This document shows, in pieces, positions 34,208-44,764 of a stretch of 64,000 nt of DNA (positions are counted from its first letter, which is position 1; each line of letters begins with the position of its first letter). Where the stretch lies: the NCBI GenBank assembly GCA_963695225.1, contig OY968762.1:352001-416000 (forward strand), written 5' to 3'. This DNA is from Vulcanimicrobiota bacterium (GTDB lineage Bacteria; Vulcanimicrobiota; Vulcanimicrobiia; Vulcanimicrobiales; Vulcanimicrobiaceae). The notes beneath the pieces were generated by a model. The model worked only from the letters and a program-made list of their open reading frames with translations. It was not told the origin of the DNA and did no database searches. Position numbers and translations under genes: made by a program.

Positions 34208-34237
34208 TTGACATCGGATACGTCCCCCTGGTATTCT
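34208..34237 (+). promoter_or_regulatory. Promoter of the rplC-led operon
   Basis: TTGACA-18-TATTCT with extended TG. Confidence 0.75.
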
Positions 34238-34358
34238 TTGCAGGTTGCGGTCCAGGGCCGCGAGTGTGTTTTGTGCGCTCGCGGCGAAAGAAATACATCA
34301 ACGCCAGGCTCCGTGGACTACAACTCGCGGAGCCGGACTCCTCAAGGGTGAGACGTCA

Positions 34359-35030
34359 ATGAAGAACATCATCGGCCGGAAGGTCGGGATGACAAGCGTG
34401 TTCACCGCCGACGGGCGGTACGTTCCGGTTACGGTCATCGAGGCCGGGCCGTGCACCGTGCTGCAAAAGAAGACGGCGGATAGCGACGGCTACGAGGCGG
34501 TCGCGCTCGCTTTCGCGGACGTCAGACAGTCGCGGCTCACGAAGGCGCACGCCGGGCGGTTCAAGGCCGTCGGCATCGAGCCCAAGCGTTACATCCGCGA
34601 ATTCCGCAGCGGCATCGAAGGCGTCGACGTCGGCACGACGGTCACGGTCGCAGGGTTCCTCGAAGGCGATCGCGTCGACGTGGTCGGCATCTCGAAGGGC
34701 CACGGCTTCGCCGGCGGCATCAAGCGCCACAACTTCAGCGGCGGCGGCCAGACGCACGGATCGATGATCCACCGGCAGCCCGCCTCCAACGGCGACACGA
34801 ACGCCGGGCGCGTCGTGAAGGGCAGCCGCCGTCCCGGGCACTACGGCGTGGACCGCACGACGCATCAGAATCTCGAAGTGATCCGCGCCGACGCGGAACG
34901 CAACGTGCTGCTCGTGCGCGGGCCGGTCCCGGGCGCCAAGAACGGGATCGTCGTCATTTCGGCGACCGTGAAGCCGGCGAAGGTCGTCGCCGAGAAACCG
35001 GCGGCGAAGGCCGCGGCCGGAGGGAAGTAA
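34359..35030 (+). CDS. rplC: 50S ribosomal protein L3
   Basis: IIGRKVGMT, SKGHGFAG, GPVPG. Confidence 0.98.
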   Translation: MKNIIGRKVGMTSVFTADGRYVPVTVIEAGPCTVLQKKTADSDGYEAVALAFADVRQSRLTKAHAGRFKAVGIEPKRYIREFRSGIEGVDVGTTVTVAGFLEGDRVDVVGISKGHGFAGGIKRHNFSGGGQTHGSMIHRQPASNGDTNAGRVVKGSRRPGHYGVDRTTHQNLEVIRADAERNVLLVRGPVPGAKNGIVVISATVKPAKVVAEKPAAKAAAGGK

Positions 35031-35695
35031 TGCCGAACGTCATCGATCCGACCGGCGCGACCGTCCGTCAAGAAGCCGTCCCTGCCGCATTCGCGGGCGA
35101 CGTTTCCGGCAAGACGAACGTCATGTTCCGCGCGGTCTTCCGCGAACTCTCGAATCCGCGCGCCGGGACGCACTCGACGCTGCGCCGCGACGAAGTCTCC
35201 GGCGGCGGGCGTAAGCCGTGGAAACAGAAGGGGACCGGCCGCGCCCGCCAGGGTTCGACCCGTTCGCCGCAGTGGACCCACGGCGGCGTCGTCTTCGGTC
35301 CGAAGCCGCGCTCGTACGTCACCTCGCTGAACAAGAAGGAACGCCGGGCCGCGCTCCACGCCGCCCTCTCCGATCGATTCGGCTCGAACTCCGTGACGAT
35401 TCTCGCGACGGAGAATTTCGCGCCGAAGAAGACGCGCGATCTCGTCGCGCTCCTGTTCGGCACCGCGAAGGCCGCGAAGACGGCGCCGCGCGTCCTCGTC
35501 GTGTACGCGGAGAGCGAGCAGCAAACGCTCGGCGAGCAACTCGTCCTCACCGGTCGCAACGTCCAGGCGGTGCGCGTGACGCACACGGGCGCGCTCGACG
35601 TCAAGGACGTCTTGGGCGCCGCTCACGTCGTGCTGACCGCGGCGGCGTTCCAGCAAATTTCCGACGCCTTCGCCGGCAAGAAAGCGAGCGCCTGA
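35030..35695 (+). CDS. rplD: 50S ribosomal protein L4
   Basis: [24 protein letters not shown]. Confidence 0.98.
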   Translation: MPNVIDPTGATVRQEAVPAAFAGDVSGKTNVMFRAVFRELSNPRAGTHSTLRRDEVSGGGRKPWKQKGTGRARQGSTRSPQWTHGGVVFGPKPRSYVTSLNKKERRAALHAALSDRFGSNSVTILATENFAPKKTRDLVALLFGTAKAAKTAPRVLVVYAESEQQTLGEQLVLTGRNVQAVRVTHTGALDVKDVLGAAHVVLTAAAFQQISDAFAGKKASA

Positions 35696-36003
35696 TGGAA
35701 GCCAGAGACGTGATCATCGCTCCGCTCATCACCGAAAAGTCGATGGCGGGGCTGCCCCTCCAGCAGTACGCCTTCGAAGTCCACCGCGACGCGACGAAGA
35801 CGCAGATCCGTCATGCGGTCGAGGCGATCTTCAAGGTGGACGTCGTCAAGATCAACACCGTCAACGTCGGCGGCAAGCTCAAGAACTTTGCGCGCAAGGG
35901 CAAGCGCTCGACCGGCAAGCAGCCGGATTGGAAGAAAGCCGTCGTCACTTTGAAGCCGGGCCAGAAGATCGAACTGGGCGGCGTCAACTACTTCGAGCAA
36001 TAA
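35695..36003 (+). CDS. rplW: 50S ribosomal protein L23
   Basis: [21 protein letters not shown]. Confidence 0.97.
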   Translation: MEARDVIIAPLITEKSMAGLPLQQYAFEVHRDATKTQIRHAVEAIFKVDVVKINTVNVGGKLKNFARKGKRSTGKQPDWKKAVVTLKPGQKIELGGVNYFEQ

Positions 36004-36007
36004 TCGC

Positions 36008-36835
36008 ATGCCAGTTAAACGTTATCGACCGACAAGCGCAGGCCGGCGCTTCCTGACCGTGATGGACTTCTCGGAACTCACCAAGAAAGAGCCCGAGAAA
36101 GCGCTCGTCGAGGTCAAGAAGAAGCATTCGGGCCGGAACAACAACGGCCACATCACCGTCCGCCACAAAGGCGGCGGGTACCGCAAGCAGTATCGCATCG
36201 TCGATTTCAAGCGGACGAAGGATGCGATCCCGGCAAAGGTTGCGGCGATCGAATACGATCCGAACCGCTCGGCGCGGCTCGCGCTGCTGCATTATCGCGA
36301 CGGCGAGAAGCGCTACATCCTCGCGCCGCTCGGCATCAAGGTCGGCGACGTCCTGGAATCCGGCCTCAAGGCCGATATCAAGACCGGCAACGCATTGCCG
36401 CTCTCGGCGATCCCGCTCGGTACCGTCGTCCACAACGTCGAGTTGCGGCCGGGGCAGGGCGGTAAGCTCGTGCGCAGTGCCGGCGGCTCCGCGCAGTTGA
36501 TGGCGAAGGAAGGCGACTACGCGACGCTCCGCATGCCCTCGGGCGAGATGCGGAAGATCCTGCTCGTCTGCCGCGCGACGATCGGCCAACTCGGCAACGT
36601 CGATCACGAAAACGAAGTCGTCGGCAAAGCCGGGCGCCAGCGCCATCGGGGCAAGCGCCCCTCCGTGCGCGGCGTCGCGATGAACCCGGTCGACCATCCG
36701 CACGGCGGCGGCGAAGCCCGCTCGACCTCGGGCCGTCCTCCGACGACGCCTTGGGGTCAGATGACGATGGGTAAGAAGACGCGTCGCAACAAGCGCACGA
36801 CGAAGATGATCGTCCGGCGCCGGAGCTCCAAGTAA
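36008..36835 (+). CDS. rplB: 50S ribosomal protein L2
   Basis: [22 protein letters not shown]. Confidence 0.99.
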   Translation: MPVKRYRPTSAGRRFLTVMDFSELTKKEPEKALVEVKKKHSGRNNNGHITVRHKGGGYRKQYRIVDFKRTKDAIPAKVAAIEYDPNRSARLALLHYRDGEKRYILAPLGIKVGDVLESGLKADIKTGNALPLSAIPLGTVVHNVELRPGQGGKLVRSAGGSAQLMAKEGDYATLRMPSGEMRKILLVCRATIGQLGNVDHENEVVGKAGRQRHRGKRPSVRGVAMNPVDHPHGGGEARSTSGRPPTTPWGQMTMGKKTRRNKRTTKMIVRRRSSK

Positions 36836-36836
36836 G

Positions 36837-36854
36837 ATGAAGGGTCGCAGCTAA
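36837..36854 (+). other. Bridging mini-ORF MKGRS
   Basis: ATG 1 nt after the rplB stop; TAA overlaps the rpsS ATG (TAATG). Confidence 0.4.
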
Positions 36855-37129
36855 TGGGTCGCTCGCTCAAAAAGGGTCCGTTCGTCGCGGAACATCTTCT
36901 CGTCAAGGTCGAGAAGATGAATTCGACGCGCGAAAAGCGCGTGATCAAGACGTGGAGCCGTTCCTCGACGATCGTCCCGGCGATGGTGGGGCACACGATC
37001 TCGGTCCACAACGGGAAGGCGCACATCCCCGTCTTCGTGACGGAGAACATGGTCGGCCACAAGCTCGGCGAGTTCTCGCCCACCCGCAATTTCAAAGGGC
37101 ACGGCGGCGATAAGGCGGCGGTGAAATAA
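36854..37129 (+). CDS. rpsS: 30S ribosomal protein S19
   Basis: [21 protein letters not shown]. Confidence 0.99.
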   Translation: MGRSLKKGPFVAEHLLVKVEKMNSTREKRVIKTWSRSSTIVPAMVGHTISVHNGKAHIPVFVTENMVGHKLGEFSPTRNFKGHGGDKAAVK

Positions 37130-37278
37130 TGATGACCGTCAAGAATTCCGTAGCCGGCGGCCCGGCGATCACAAAGGCGCGCGGGAGCGCGCTCCCGTTC
37201 CGCTGCGGCCCCGCAGGGACGCAGCCGCTGATGACCGTCAACATTTCCGTAGCCGGCGGCCTGGAGGGACGCAGCTAA
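37129..37278 (+). CDS. 49-aa bridging ORF with an internal repeat
   Basis: TAATG overlaps at both ends; [11 protein letters not shown]...LMTVNISVAGGLEGRS. Confidence 0.5.
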   Translation: MMTVKNSVAGGPAITKARGSALPFRCGPAGTQPLMTVNISVAGGLEGRS

Positions 37279-37790
37279 TGGCGACTCCTGATACCGCGGA
37301 ACGTACCGAAGCTTTCGCACATCTGAAGTTCGCGCGCGTCGGGCCGCGGAAGTTGCGTCGCGTCGCCGATGCGATTCGCGGCAAGACCGTGCGCGAAGCG
37401 CTCGTTCTCTTGCAGTTCAGCGGCGTGTTCGCGTCGGAGCCGATCGAGCGTCTGCTTCGCAGCGCCGTCGCGAACGCCGAGAACAACCACAACATGGCGA
37501 CCGACGGCCTGTACGTCACGAAGATCACCGTCGACGGCGGGCCCGGCGGCGGGTTCACGAAGCGCCTCGATCCGCGCGCGCAAGGCCGCGCCGCGTTCAA
37601 GCGCAAGCGCATGTCGCACGTGACGATCGGGGTCGGCAGCAAGCCGCCCAAGCATCAGCCCAAGCGGCGCGCCGGCGCGTCGATCGAGCTCTCGACGAAA
37701 GAATCGCGGACGCGCGCGGCCGCCAAAGCCTCCGCCCCCGCCAAGCGCACGCGCAAACCGAAAGCTGCCGCGGCAGGAGCGAGCAAGTAA
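37278..37790 (+). CDS. rplV: 50S ribosomal protein L22 with basic C-terminal tail
   Basis: PRKLRRVADAIRG, SAVANAENN, PRAQGRA. Confidence 0.97.
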   Translation: MATPDTAERTEAFAHLKFARVGPRKLRRVADAIRGKTVREALVLLQFSGVFASEPIERLLRSAVANAENNHNMATDGLYVTKITVDGGPGGGFTKRLDPRAQGRAAFKRKRMSHVTIGVGSKPPKHQPKRRAGASIELSTKESRTRAAAKASAPAKRTRKPKAAAAGASK

Positions 37791-38693
37791 ATGGGACAGA
37801 AAATCCACCCGGTCGGCCTGCGGCTCGGCATCACGCGTACTTGGGATAGCCGTTGGTTCGAAAAGAAGAACTACAAGCTGTGGCTCCACGAGGACGCCGC
37901 GGTGCGCAAGTATTTCCTGCGCCTGATGCGGCCGGCTGCGATCAGCAAGATCGAGATCGAGCGTCGCGCGAACCAGGCTCGCGTGATCGTGCACACCGGC
38001 AAGCCCGGCATCATCATCGGCAAGCGCGGCGTCGGGATCGAAGATATCCGGCGCGGGCTCGAGCACCTCACGAAGAAGTCGGTCCAGGTCAACGTCGTCG
38101 AGATCAAGCACCCCGAACTCGACGCGCGTTTGGTCGGCCAGAACATCGTCGACCAGCTCGAGAAGCGCATCGCATTCCGCCGCGCGATGAAGCAGGCGAT
38201 CATGCGCACGATGAAGGCCGGCGCGCGCGGCGTGAAGGTCCAGGTTTCGGGCCGCCTCGGCGGCGCCGAGATCGCGCGCACCGAGCACAACCACGACGGG
38301 AAGGTTCCGCTGCACACGCTGCGCGCCGATATCGATTTCGCGCACGTCGAGGCGTTCACGACCTACGGGCGCATCGGCGTCAAGGTCTGGATTTACAAGG
38401 GCGAGGTCCTGCCGGACGCGCCGCGCGGCGGAGATCCGCAACGCGTGGCCGACCGTTCGGCCGGAGAGCGGGCGACGTTCCGGGATCGTCGCGGCGAGCG
38501 GAATCGCGGCCGCGGCCGCGGTCCGGGCGCTCCGGTCGCGCCGGCTGCCGAGGGTGATGTCGCGGTCGCCGCGGCCGAGCCCGCGATCGCGGTGCCTGCG
38601 AGCGAAGCCGTCGCCCCGGTTCTCAACGAAGCGCCGGCCGCTGAGGCCGCCGCCGAAACGCCGAATGTCGAAACGACGGGAGCGAACGAGTAA
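37791..38693 (+). CDS. rpsC: 30S ribosomal protein S3 with long C-terminal tail
   Basis: [25 protein letters not shown]. Confidence 0.99.
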   Translation: MGQKIHPVGLRLGITRTWDSRWFEKKNYKLWLHEDAAVRKYFLRLMRPAAISKIEIERRANQARVIVHTGKPGIIIGKRGVGIEDIRRGLEHLTKKSVQVNVVEIKHPELDARLVGQNIVDQLEKRIAFRRAMKQAIMRTMKAGARGVKVQVSGRLGGAEIARTEHNHDGKVPLHTLRADIDFAHVEAFTTYGRIGVKVWIYKGEVLPDAPRGGDPQRVADRSAGERATFRDRRGERNRGRGRGPGAPVAPAAEGDVAVAAAEPAIAVPASEAVAPVLNEAPAAEAAAETPNVETTGANE

Positions 38694-39112
38694 TGCTGAC
38701 GCCGAAACGAGTCAAGTGGCGCCGCGTGCACCGCGGCCGGATGAAGGGGCGCGCCCTCTCCGGCAACACGCTGACGTTCGGTGAGTACGGCCTGCAAGCG
38801 CTCGAACCGTGCTGGATGACCAGCCGCCAGATCGAGGCCGCCCGTATCGCGATGACGCGCCATATCAAGCGCGGCGGCAAAGTTTGGATCAAGATCTTCC
38901 CGGACAAGCCCGTCACGAAGAAGCCTGCCGAAGTCCGCATGGGCGCAGGTAAGGGGAGCCCCGAGTTCTACGTCGCGGTCATCAAGCCGGGGCGCGTGCT
39001 CTTCGAGCTCGCCGGCGTAGCGGAACCCGTCGCGCGCGAAGCGCTGCGGCTCGCCTCGGCAAAGCTGCCGATCGGCACGAAGGTCATCTCCCGTACGGAG
39101 GTTGAGGCGTGA
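38693..39112 (+). CDS. rplP: 50S ribosomal protein L16
   Basis: [15 protein letters not shown]. Confidence 0.98.
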   Translation: MLTPKRVKWRRVHRGRMKGRALSGNTLTFGEYGLQALEPCWMTSRQIEAARIAMTRHIKRGGKVWIKIFPDKPVTKKPAEVRMGAGKGSPEFYVAVIKPGRVLFELAGVAEPVAREALRLASAKLPIGTKVISRTEVEA

Positions 39113-39330
39113 AAGCAGACGAGTTGACGGTCCTGCGCACACTCTCCATGGGGGAGCTGCAGCAGAGGGCCCGCGATACGAAGGAAGAGCTTTTCAACTT
39201 GCGCTTTGCGCTGCGGACGGGTCATCTCTCCGACTTCAGCAAGGTGCGCGCGACGCGCCGTACCTACGCGCAAATTCAGACCGCGATCAGCGAGAAACGG
39301 ATCGCCGAGGCGAAACATGGAGCAGCGTAA
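39109..39330 (+). CDS. rpmC: 50S ribosomal protein L29
   Basis: KEELFNLRF; operon position. Confidence 0.95.
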   Translation: MKADELTVLRTLSMGELQQRARDTKEELFNLRFALRTGHLSDFSKVRATRRTYAQIQTAISEKRIAEAKHGAA

Positions 39331-39574
39331 CCACCGCCGCGTCAAACAAGGGCGCGTCAAATCGAACAAGATGGACAAGACGATCGTCGTCGTGACCGAG
39401 ACGCGCGTGCCGCACCCGGTCTATGCGAAGATCGTCCGCAAGTCCGTCCGTTTCAAGGCTCACGACGAGAAGAACGAGTGCGGCATCGGCGACCTGGTTC
39501 GCATCATGGAATGCCGTCCGCTCTCGCGCGACAAGCGCTGGCGCTTGATCGAAATCGTGGAGAAGGCGAAGTAA
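39317..39574 (+). CDS. rpsQ: 30S ribosomal protein S17
   Basis: [21 protein letters not shown]. Confidence 0.98.
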   Translation: MEQRNHRRVKQGRVKSNKMDKTIVVVTETRVPHPVYAKIVRKSVRFKAHDEKNECGIGDLVRIMECRPLSRDKRWRLIEIVEKAK

Positions 39575-39580
39575 CAAACG

Positions 39581-39958
39581 ATGATTCAGCAAGAGACGCG
39601 GCTCAAGGTCGCGGACAACTCGGGGGCGCGCGAACTCCTCTGCATCCACGTGCAGGGCGGGAGCCGGCACCCCTATGCCTTCGTAGGCGACATCATCGTG
39701 GGCACCGTCAAGAGCGCGATCCCGGGCGCCGCGGTCAAGAAGGGTCAAGTCGTCAAGGCGGTCGTCGTGCGCTGCAAGCAGCCGCTCAAGCGACCCGACG
39801 GCTCTTCGATCCGCTTCGACGAGAACGCGTGCGTCATCATCAAGGGCGACAAGGACAACTTCGATCCGCGCGGGACGCGCGTCTTCGGCCCGGTCTGCCG
39901 CGAGCTGCGCGACCGCGGTTTCCTGAAGATCGCTTCGCTCGCGCCGGAGGTGCTCTGA
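39581..39958 (+). CDS. rplN: 50S ribosomal protein L14
   Basis: [23 protein letters not shown]. Confidence 0.99.
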   Translation: MIQQETRLKVADNSGARELLCIHVQGGSRHPYAFVGDIIVGTVKSAIPGAAVKKGQVVKAVVVRCKQPLKRPDGSSIRFDENACVIIKGDKDNFDPRGTRVFGPVCRELRDRGFLKIASLAPEVL

Positions 39959-39959
39959 C

Positions 39960-40292
39960 GTGGCGCGCATCGTCAAAGGCGACACCGTCGTGATCCGCCG
40001 CGGCAAGGAAAAAGGGAAGCGCGGAACCGTCAAGCACGTCTTCCCGAAAGAAGGGACGGCGACGGTTGAGGGCCTCAACGTCGTCAAGCGCCACACCAAG
40101 CAAGGCATGGGCGGGGCGAAGGCTGCCGGCATCTTCGAGAAGGAAGCTCCGCTCCCGCTCTGCGCACTGATGATCGTCGATCCGAAGACGAACGTGCCCA
40201 CGCGCGTCCGCCGCGTCCGCAAGGCGGACGGCACGATCGCTCGCGTCGCCGTGCGGTCGGGCGAAGAACTTCCTCCCTCGGCGAAGGGGTAA
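39960..40292 (+). CDS. rplX: 50S ribosomal protein L24
   Basis: KGDTVVI, VEGLNVVKRH, KEAPL. Confidence 0.97.
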   Translation: MARIVKGDTVVIRRGKEKGKRGTVKHVFPKEGTATVEGLNVVKRHTKQGMGGAKAAGIFEKEAPLPLCALMIVDPKTNVPTRVRRVRKADGTIARVAVRSGEELPPSAKG

Positions 40293-40298
40293 TAGAGC

Positions 40299-40856
40299 AT
40301 GGCTGCTACGAGATTGCGCGAGAAGTACCAAGGACCGGTCCGCCAGGCGCTGGTCGAAAAGTTCGGCTACAAGAACGTTCACGAGATCCCCAAGCTCGAG
40401 AAGGTCGTCATCAACATGTCCGTTGGTGAGGCGATCCAGAACTCGAAGGTTCTCGATACGGCGGTCAAGGAGATCGAAGCGATCAGCGGTCAGAAAGCCG
40501 TGATCACGAAGGCGAAGAAATCGATCGCCGCGTTCAAGCTCCGCGAGGGGATGAACATCGGCGCGAAGGTGACGCTCCGCGGCGAGCGGATGTACGTCTT
40601 CCTCGATAAGCTCTTCAACATCGTGCTGCCGCGCATTCGCGACTTCCGCGGGCTGCCGCGCAAGTCGTTCGACGGCCGCGGCAACTACAACATGGGTCTG
40701 CGCGAGCAGATCGTCTTTCCCGAGATCAACTTCGACAAGGTCGACAAGATGCGCGGGATGGACATCGTCATCGTGACGACCGCCAAGAACGACGAAGAAG
40801 CGACGGAGTTCCTCACTCAGATGGGCCTCCCGCTGCAAAAGGAAACCGGCCGATGA
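40299..40856 (+). CDS. rplE: 50S ribosomal protein L5
   Basis: [16 protein letters not shown]. Confidence 0.99.
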   Translation: MAATRLREKYQGPVRQALVEKFGYKNVHEIPKLEKVVINMSVGEAIQNSKVLDTAVKEIEAISGQKAVITKAKKSIAAFKLREGMNIGAKVTLRGERMYVFLDKLFNIVLPRIRDFRGLPRKSFDGRGNYNMGLREQIVFPEINFDKVDKMRGMDIVIVTTAKNDEEATEFLTQMGLPLQKETGR

Positions 40857-40879
40857 CCGACTCGAAGGGACGCAAGTAA
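40853..40879 (+). other. Bridging mini-[11 protein letters not shown]
   Basis: ATGA overlap with the rplE stop; TAA ends 1 nt before the rpsN ATG. Confidence 0.4.
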
Positions 40880-40880
40880 C

Positions 40881-41066
40881 ATGGCGAAGACCTCCTCGAT
40901 CGAGAAGTCCAAGCGCACTCCGAAGTTCGCGGTGCGGCAGCACAACCGTTGCCTCGCCTGCGGCCGCCCGCGCGGTTACTATCGCAAGTTCGGCATGTGC
41001 CGGATCTGCTTCCGTGAGAACGCGCATCGCGGTTTCATCCCCGGCATCACGAAAGCGTCTTGGTAA
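40881..41066 (+). CDS. rpsN: 30S ribosomal protein S14, Zn-binding type
   Basis: 61 aa, CLACGRPR...CRIC. Confidence 0.98.
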   Translation: MAKTSSIEKSKRTPKFAVRQHNRCLACGRPRGYYRKFGMCRICFRENAHRGFIPGITKASW

Positions 41067-41071
41067 GCGCA

Positions 41072-41473
41072 ATGGGCGTCATCACCGATCCGATCGCCGA
41101 CTTCCTCACGCGGATTCGCAACGCGAACACCGCGCACCATCAAACCGTCGACATCCCCGCCTCCAAAGTGAAGAAGGCCGTGGCCGAGATCCTTCGCGAG
41201 GAGGGCTTCATCCGTAGCTTCGAGGTCGTGCCCGAGGGCCCGCAAGGGACGCTGCGCGTCACGCTCAAGTACGGCCCCGAAAAAGAGAAGGTCATCACGG
41301 GCCTGCGCCGCATCAGCCGCCCCGGCCTGCGCGTCTACACGTCGCGCACGGAGATCCCGCGCGTCCTCGGCGGCCTCGGTCTCGTCATCATCTCCACGCC
41401 GAAAGGCATCATGTCCGGCAAGCGCGCGAAGCGCGAAGGCTTCGGCGGCGAGGTGCTCGCGTATGTCTGGTGA
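41072..41473 (+). CDS. rpsH: 30S ribosomal protein S8
   Basis: [22 protein letters not shown]. Confidence 0.99.
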   Translation: MGVITDPIADFLTRIRNANTAHHQTVDIPASKVKKAVAEILREEGFIRSFEVVPEGPQGTLRVTLKYGPEKEKVITGLRRISRPGLRVYTSRTEIPRVLGGLGLVIISTPKGIMSGKRAKREGFGGEVLAYVW

Positions 41474-41481
41474 GGTTCGCC

Positions 41482-42030
41482 ATGTCTAGAATTGGAAAGT
41501 TGCCGATCGCGGTCCCGAGCAACGTCACGGTCGACGTCGCGGGTTCGGTCGTGCACGTCAAAGGGCCGAAGGGCGAGCTCTCGCAGCAGATCCTCCCGGT
41601 CGTCGAGGTGTCCGTCGAAGGCGGCACCGTCAAGGTCGCGCGCAGCGGCGACGACAAGCCGTCGCGCGCCGCGCACGGCCTGACGCGCACGCTCGTCGCG
41701 AACATGATCGAAGGCGTCACGAAGGGCTTCCGCAAGAGCCTCGAGATCCAAGGCGTCGGCTATCGCGTCAACAAGGCGGGCGAAAAGCTCAACTTGACGC
41801 TCGGCTTCTCGCACCCCGTGGCGATCGATGCCCCGCCGGGCGTCGCCTTCGCGGTCGAGGGGACGACGAAGATCCACGTCGACGGCATCGACAAGCAGCG
41901 CGTCGGCCAGGTTGCCGCCGAAATCCGCGACCTCCGTCCGCCGGAGCCCTACAAGGGCAAAGGCATCCGTTACGAAGGCGAAATCGTTCGCAAGAAGGCC
42001 GGCAAGGCCGGTAAGGCTGGTAAGAAGTGA
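41482..42030 (+). CDS. rplF: 50S ribosomal protein L6
   Basis: [17 protein letters not shown]. Confidence 0.99.
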   Translation: MSRIGKLPIAVPSNVTVDVAGSVVHVKGPKGELSQQILPVVEVSVEGGTVKVARSGDDKPSRAAHGLTRTLVANMIEGVTKGFRKSLEIQGVGYRVNKAGEKLNLTLGFSHPVAIDAPPGVAFAVEGTTKIHVDGIDKQRVGQVAAEIRDLRPPEPYKGKGIRYEGEIVRKKAGKAGKAGKK

Positions 42031-42389
42031 TGAGAGTCTCGAAAGACTTGCAGCGCCAAAAGCGCCATCGCCGGCATCGGTTCAAGATCGTCGGAACCTC
42101 GGAACGTCCCCGGCTGCAGATTCACCGCACGCTGCACCACCTGTACGCGATGGTGATCGACGATTCCAAGGGGCACACGCTGGTCGCGGCTTCGACGCGG
42201 GAGAAGGGTCTCGCCGATCTCGCCTCGCGCACGAACCTCGAAGCGGCTCAGAAAGTCGGCGAGGCGATCGCGACCAAGGCGAAGTCGGCCGGCATCACCG
42301 CCGTCGTGTTCGACACGAGCGGCCTAAAGTATCACGGGCGGGTCAAGGCGCTCGCCGACGCTGCTCGCGCAGCCGGTCTGGAGTTCTAA
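42030..42389 (+). CDS. rplR: 50S ribosomal protein L18
   Basis: [18 protein letters not shown]. Confidence 0.97.
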   Translation: MRVSKDLQRQKRHRRHRFKIVGTSERPRLQIHRTLHHLYAMVIDDSKGHTLVAASTREKGLADLASRTNLEAAQKVGEAIATKAKSAGITAVVFDTSGLKYHGRVKALADAARAAGLEF

Positions 42390-42392
42390 CGC

Positions 42393-42905
42393 ATGCATTC
42401 TCGTGGTGGTGGTCGCGATCGCGACAATTCGGGCTTCGAAGAGACCGTCGTTCGCATCAATCGCGTCGCGAAGGTCGTCAAAGGCGGTAAGCGCTTCAGC
42501 TTCAGCGCGCTCGTCGTCGTGGGCGACCGCAAGGGCAAAGTCGGTTTCGCGATCGGCAAGGCCGGCGAAGTCCCCGAAGCGATCCGCAAGGGCGTGGAAC
42601 AGGCCCGCAAGGCGCTCGTGACCGTGCCGATGGTCGAGAAGACCATCCCGCACGAGGTGACGGTGCAGGTCGGCGCCGGCCGCGTCTTCATGAAGCCCGC
42701 CGCGCCCGGGACGGGCGTCATCGCGGGCGGACCGATGCGCGCGGTCCTCGAACTCGCGGGCATTCACGATATCCTCACGAAGTCGCTCGGCAGCGCGAAC
42801 CCGATCAACGTGGTCTACGCGACGGTCGAAGCCCTTCGTTCGCTCAAGACGGCTGAACAAGTCGCCAAGCTCCGCGACAGAACCGTCGCCGAGCTGTTCA
42901 ACTAA
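42393..42905 (+). CDS. rpsE: 30S ribosomal protein S5
   Basis: [19 protein letters not shown]. Confidence 0.99.
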   Translation: MHSRGGGRDRDNSGFEETVVRINRVAKVVKGGKRFSFSALVVVGDRKGKVGFAIGKAGEVPEAIRKGVEQARKALVTVPMVEKTIPHEVTVQVGAGRVFMKPAAPGTGVIAGGPMRAVLELAGIHDILTKSLGSANPINVVYATVEALRSLKTAEQVAKLRDRTVAELFN

Positions 42906-42917
42906 GGACGTTTCACG

Positions 42918-43469
42918 ATGGCGGAAGCGAAGAGATCGAAGAAGAAGGCGGCGGCCGCCGGGAACGGCCTCGAGTTCACCGTGCCCGGCGTGACGCTCGC
43001 CGAGCTGCGCGAGAACAAGGGGGCTCGCCCCAAGCGCGTGCGCATCGGCCGCGGCCACGGCTCCGGCATGGTGAAGACGGGCGGCGAAGGCGGCAAGGGT
43101 CAGACCGTCCGTTCGGGCGGCGGCAAGGGGCCGGCGTTCGAAGGCGGCCAAACGCCGTGGGCGCGGCGCTTGCCGCACAAGCGCGGCTATTCGCAGAAGG
43201 GGCGCGACACCGGCCACTTCGGCGAGACGCTCGCCGTCGTCAATGTCTCGGCGCTCGCCGGCTGGGATCCGGCCGTCGAAGTCAGCCCCGAATCGCTGCT
43301 GGCGCGCAAGCTGGTTTCGGCCCTGCGCGACGGCGTGAAGATCCTAGGCGGCGTCAAGCCGGGGAAGACGCTCCCCGCGGGCCTCACGTTCCGCGACGTC
43401 GCATTCTCGGCGAGCGCTCGCGAAGCGCTGCTCGCCGCCGGCGCGGCGCTCGGCGAACCGGAAGCATAG
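42918..43469 (+). CDS. rplO: 50S ribosomal protein L15 with N-terminal extension
   Basis: [21 protein letters not shown]. Confidence 0.95.
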   Translation: MAEAKRSKKKAAAAGNGLEFTVPGVTLAELRENKGARPKRVRIGRGHGSGMVKTGGEGGKGQTVRSGGGKGPAFEGGQTPWARRLPHKRGYSQKGRDTGHFGETLAVVNVSALAGWDPAVEVSPESLLARKLVSALRDGVKILGGVKPGKTLPAGLTFRDVAFSASAREALLAAGAALGEPEA

Positions 43470-43472
43470 CGC

Positions 43473-44762
43473 TTGCTCGAGAACCTTCGCGCCGCTTTCC
43501 TCGTCCCGGACATCCGTAAGCGGATCCTGTTCGTGTTCGGCGCGTTCGCGCTGTTCGTGTTCATGATCCACGTGCAACTGCCGGGCGTGAACGAGAAGCG
43601 CTGGCAAGAACTGCTGCGCGGCGGCTCGTTCTACAACTTCCTCGGGTTCCTCTCCGGCGGCGCCCTCCAGAAGCTCTCCATCATCGCAATGGGGATCACG
43701 CCGTATATCAACGCCTCGATCATCATGCAGCTCATGACGATCGTGCTCCCGAATCTCGAGGAGCTGGCGAAGAAAGGCGGGGAGGAAGGGCGCAAGAAGA
43801 TCGGCCAGTACACGCGCTGGCTGACGATCGTGCTCGGCACGGTCCAGGCCACGTCGATGTGCGTGAACATGCAGCGTTCCGGCGTCTTCTACGATACGTC
43901 GTGGCAGTTCCTGATCTACGCGATCGTGGCGCTCGTCTCCGGGACGCTGTTCCTCATGTGGCTCGGCGAGCAGATCACGGACAAGGGCATCGGGAACGGC
44001 GTCTCGCTGATCATCTTCGTCGGCATCGTTCTGCGCTATCCCACGTACGTCGTCCAGACGATCCAGCTCGGCCAGAAGCAGGGCGTCAACTGGCTCGGCC
44101 TCATCATCTTCGCCGCGATCGCGGTGATCACGATCGTCTCGATCGTCTTCATGTACCAGGGCCAACGCCGCGTCCCGGTCCAGCAAGCGCGCCGGGTCGT
44201 CGGCCGCAAGATGTTCGCCGGGCGCTCGAGCTACATCCCGCTGCGGCTGAACAACGCCGGCGTCATCTCGATCATCTTCGCGATCTCGATCCTGCTGTTG
44301 CCGCAACAGGCGCTGTCCTGGTTCCAGCAAGGCTCCTCGGGGCCGGCCGCCAACATCGCGCTCTTCGTCAACACGTGGTTCGGGCCGAGCACGTGGCTCT
44401 ACAACCTCGTCTATTTCGTCCTGGTCGTGGTGTTCACGTACTTCTACAGCTCGGTCGTCGTCAACACGCGCGACATCGCCGACAATCTGAAGAAGAGCGG
44501 TTCGTTCATTCCGGGGATCCGCCCCGGCCAGCCGACCGTCGAGTATCTCAACAAAATCCTGTTCCGGATCACGACGGTCGCGGCGGTCTACCTCGGCCTC
44601 TTGGCGGTTCTCCCGACGCTCGCCGAACGCGGCCTCGGCATCACGACGTTCTACATCGGCTCGACTTCACTCCTAATCATCGTCGGCGTGGCCCTCGATA
44701 CGATGACGCAAATCGAGGCCCGCTTGGCGATGCGTGATTACAAGGGATTCCTGACGCGGTGA
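43473..44762 (+). CDS. secY: Preprotein translocase SecY
   Basis: GITPYINASII, GIGNGVSL, IPGIRPG. Confidence 0.99.
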   Translation: MLENLRAAFLVPDIRKRILFVFGAFALFVFMIHVQLPGVNEKRWQELLRGGSFYNFLGFLSGGALQKLSIIAMGITPYINASIIMQLMTIVLPNLEELAKKGGEEGRKKIGQYTRWLTIVLGTVQATSMCVNMQRSGVFYDTSWQFLIYAIVALVSGTLFLMWLGEQITDKGIGNGVSLIIFVGIVLRYPTYVVQTIQLGQKQGVNWLGLIIFAAIAVITIVSIVFMYQGQRRVPVQQARRVVGRKMFAGRSSYIPLRLNNAGVISIIFAISILLLPQQALSWFQQGSSGPAANIALFVNTWFGPSTWLYNLVYFVLVVVFTYFYSSVVVNTRDIADNLKKSGSFIPGIRPGQPTVEYLNKILFRITTVAAVYLGLLAVLPTLAERGLGITTFYIGSTSLLIIVGVALDTMTQIEARLAMRDYKGFLTR

Positions 44763-44764
44763 GC

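Noticed and set aside
37170..37230. GGGACGCA resembling the c-di-GMP-I riboswitch core
   Set aside because: The GCAAAC, GAAA tetraloop and P2 elements are missing; the motif recurs as an RBS-proximal sequence.
37130..37275. Direct repeats resembling a mini CRISPR array
   Set aside because: Only two imperfect copies, a 99-nt period and no cas genes in the window.
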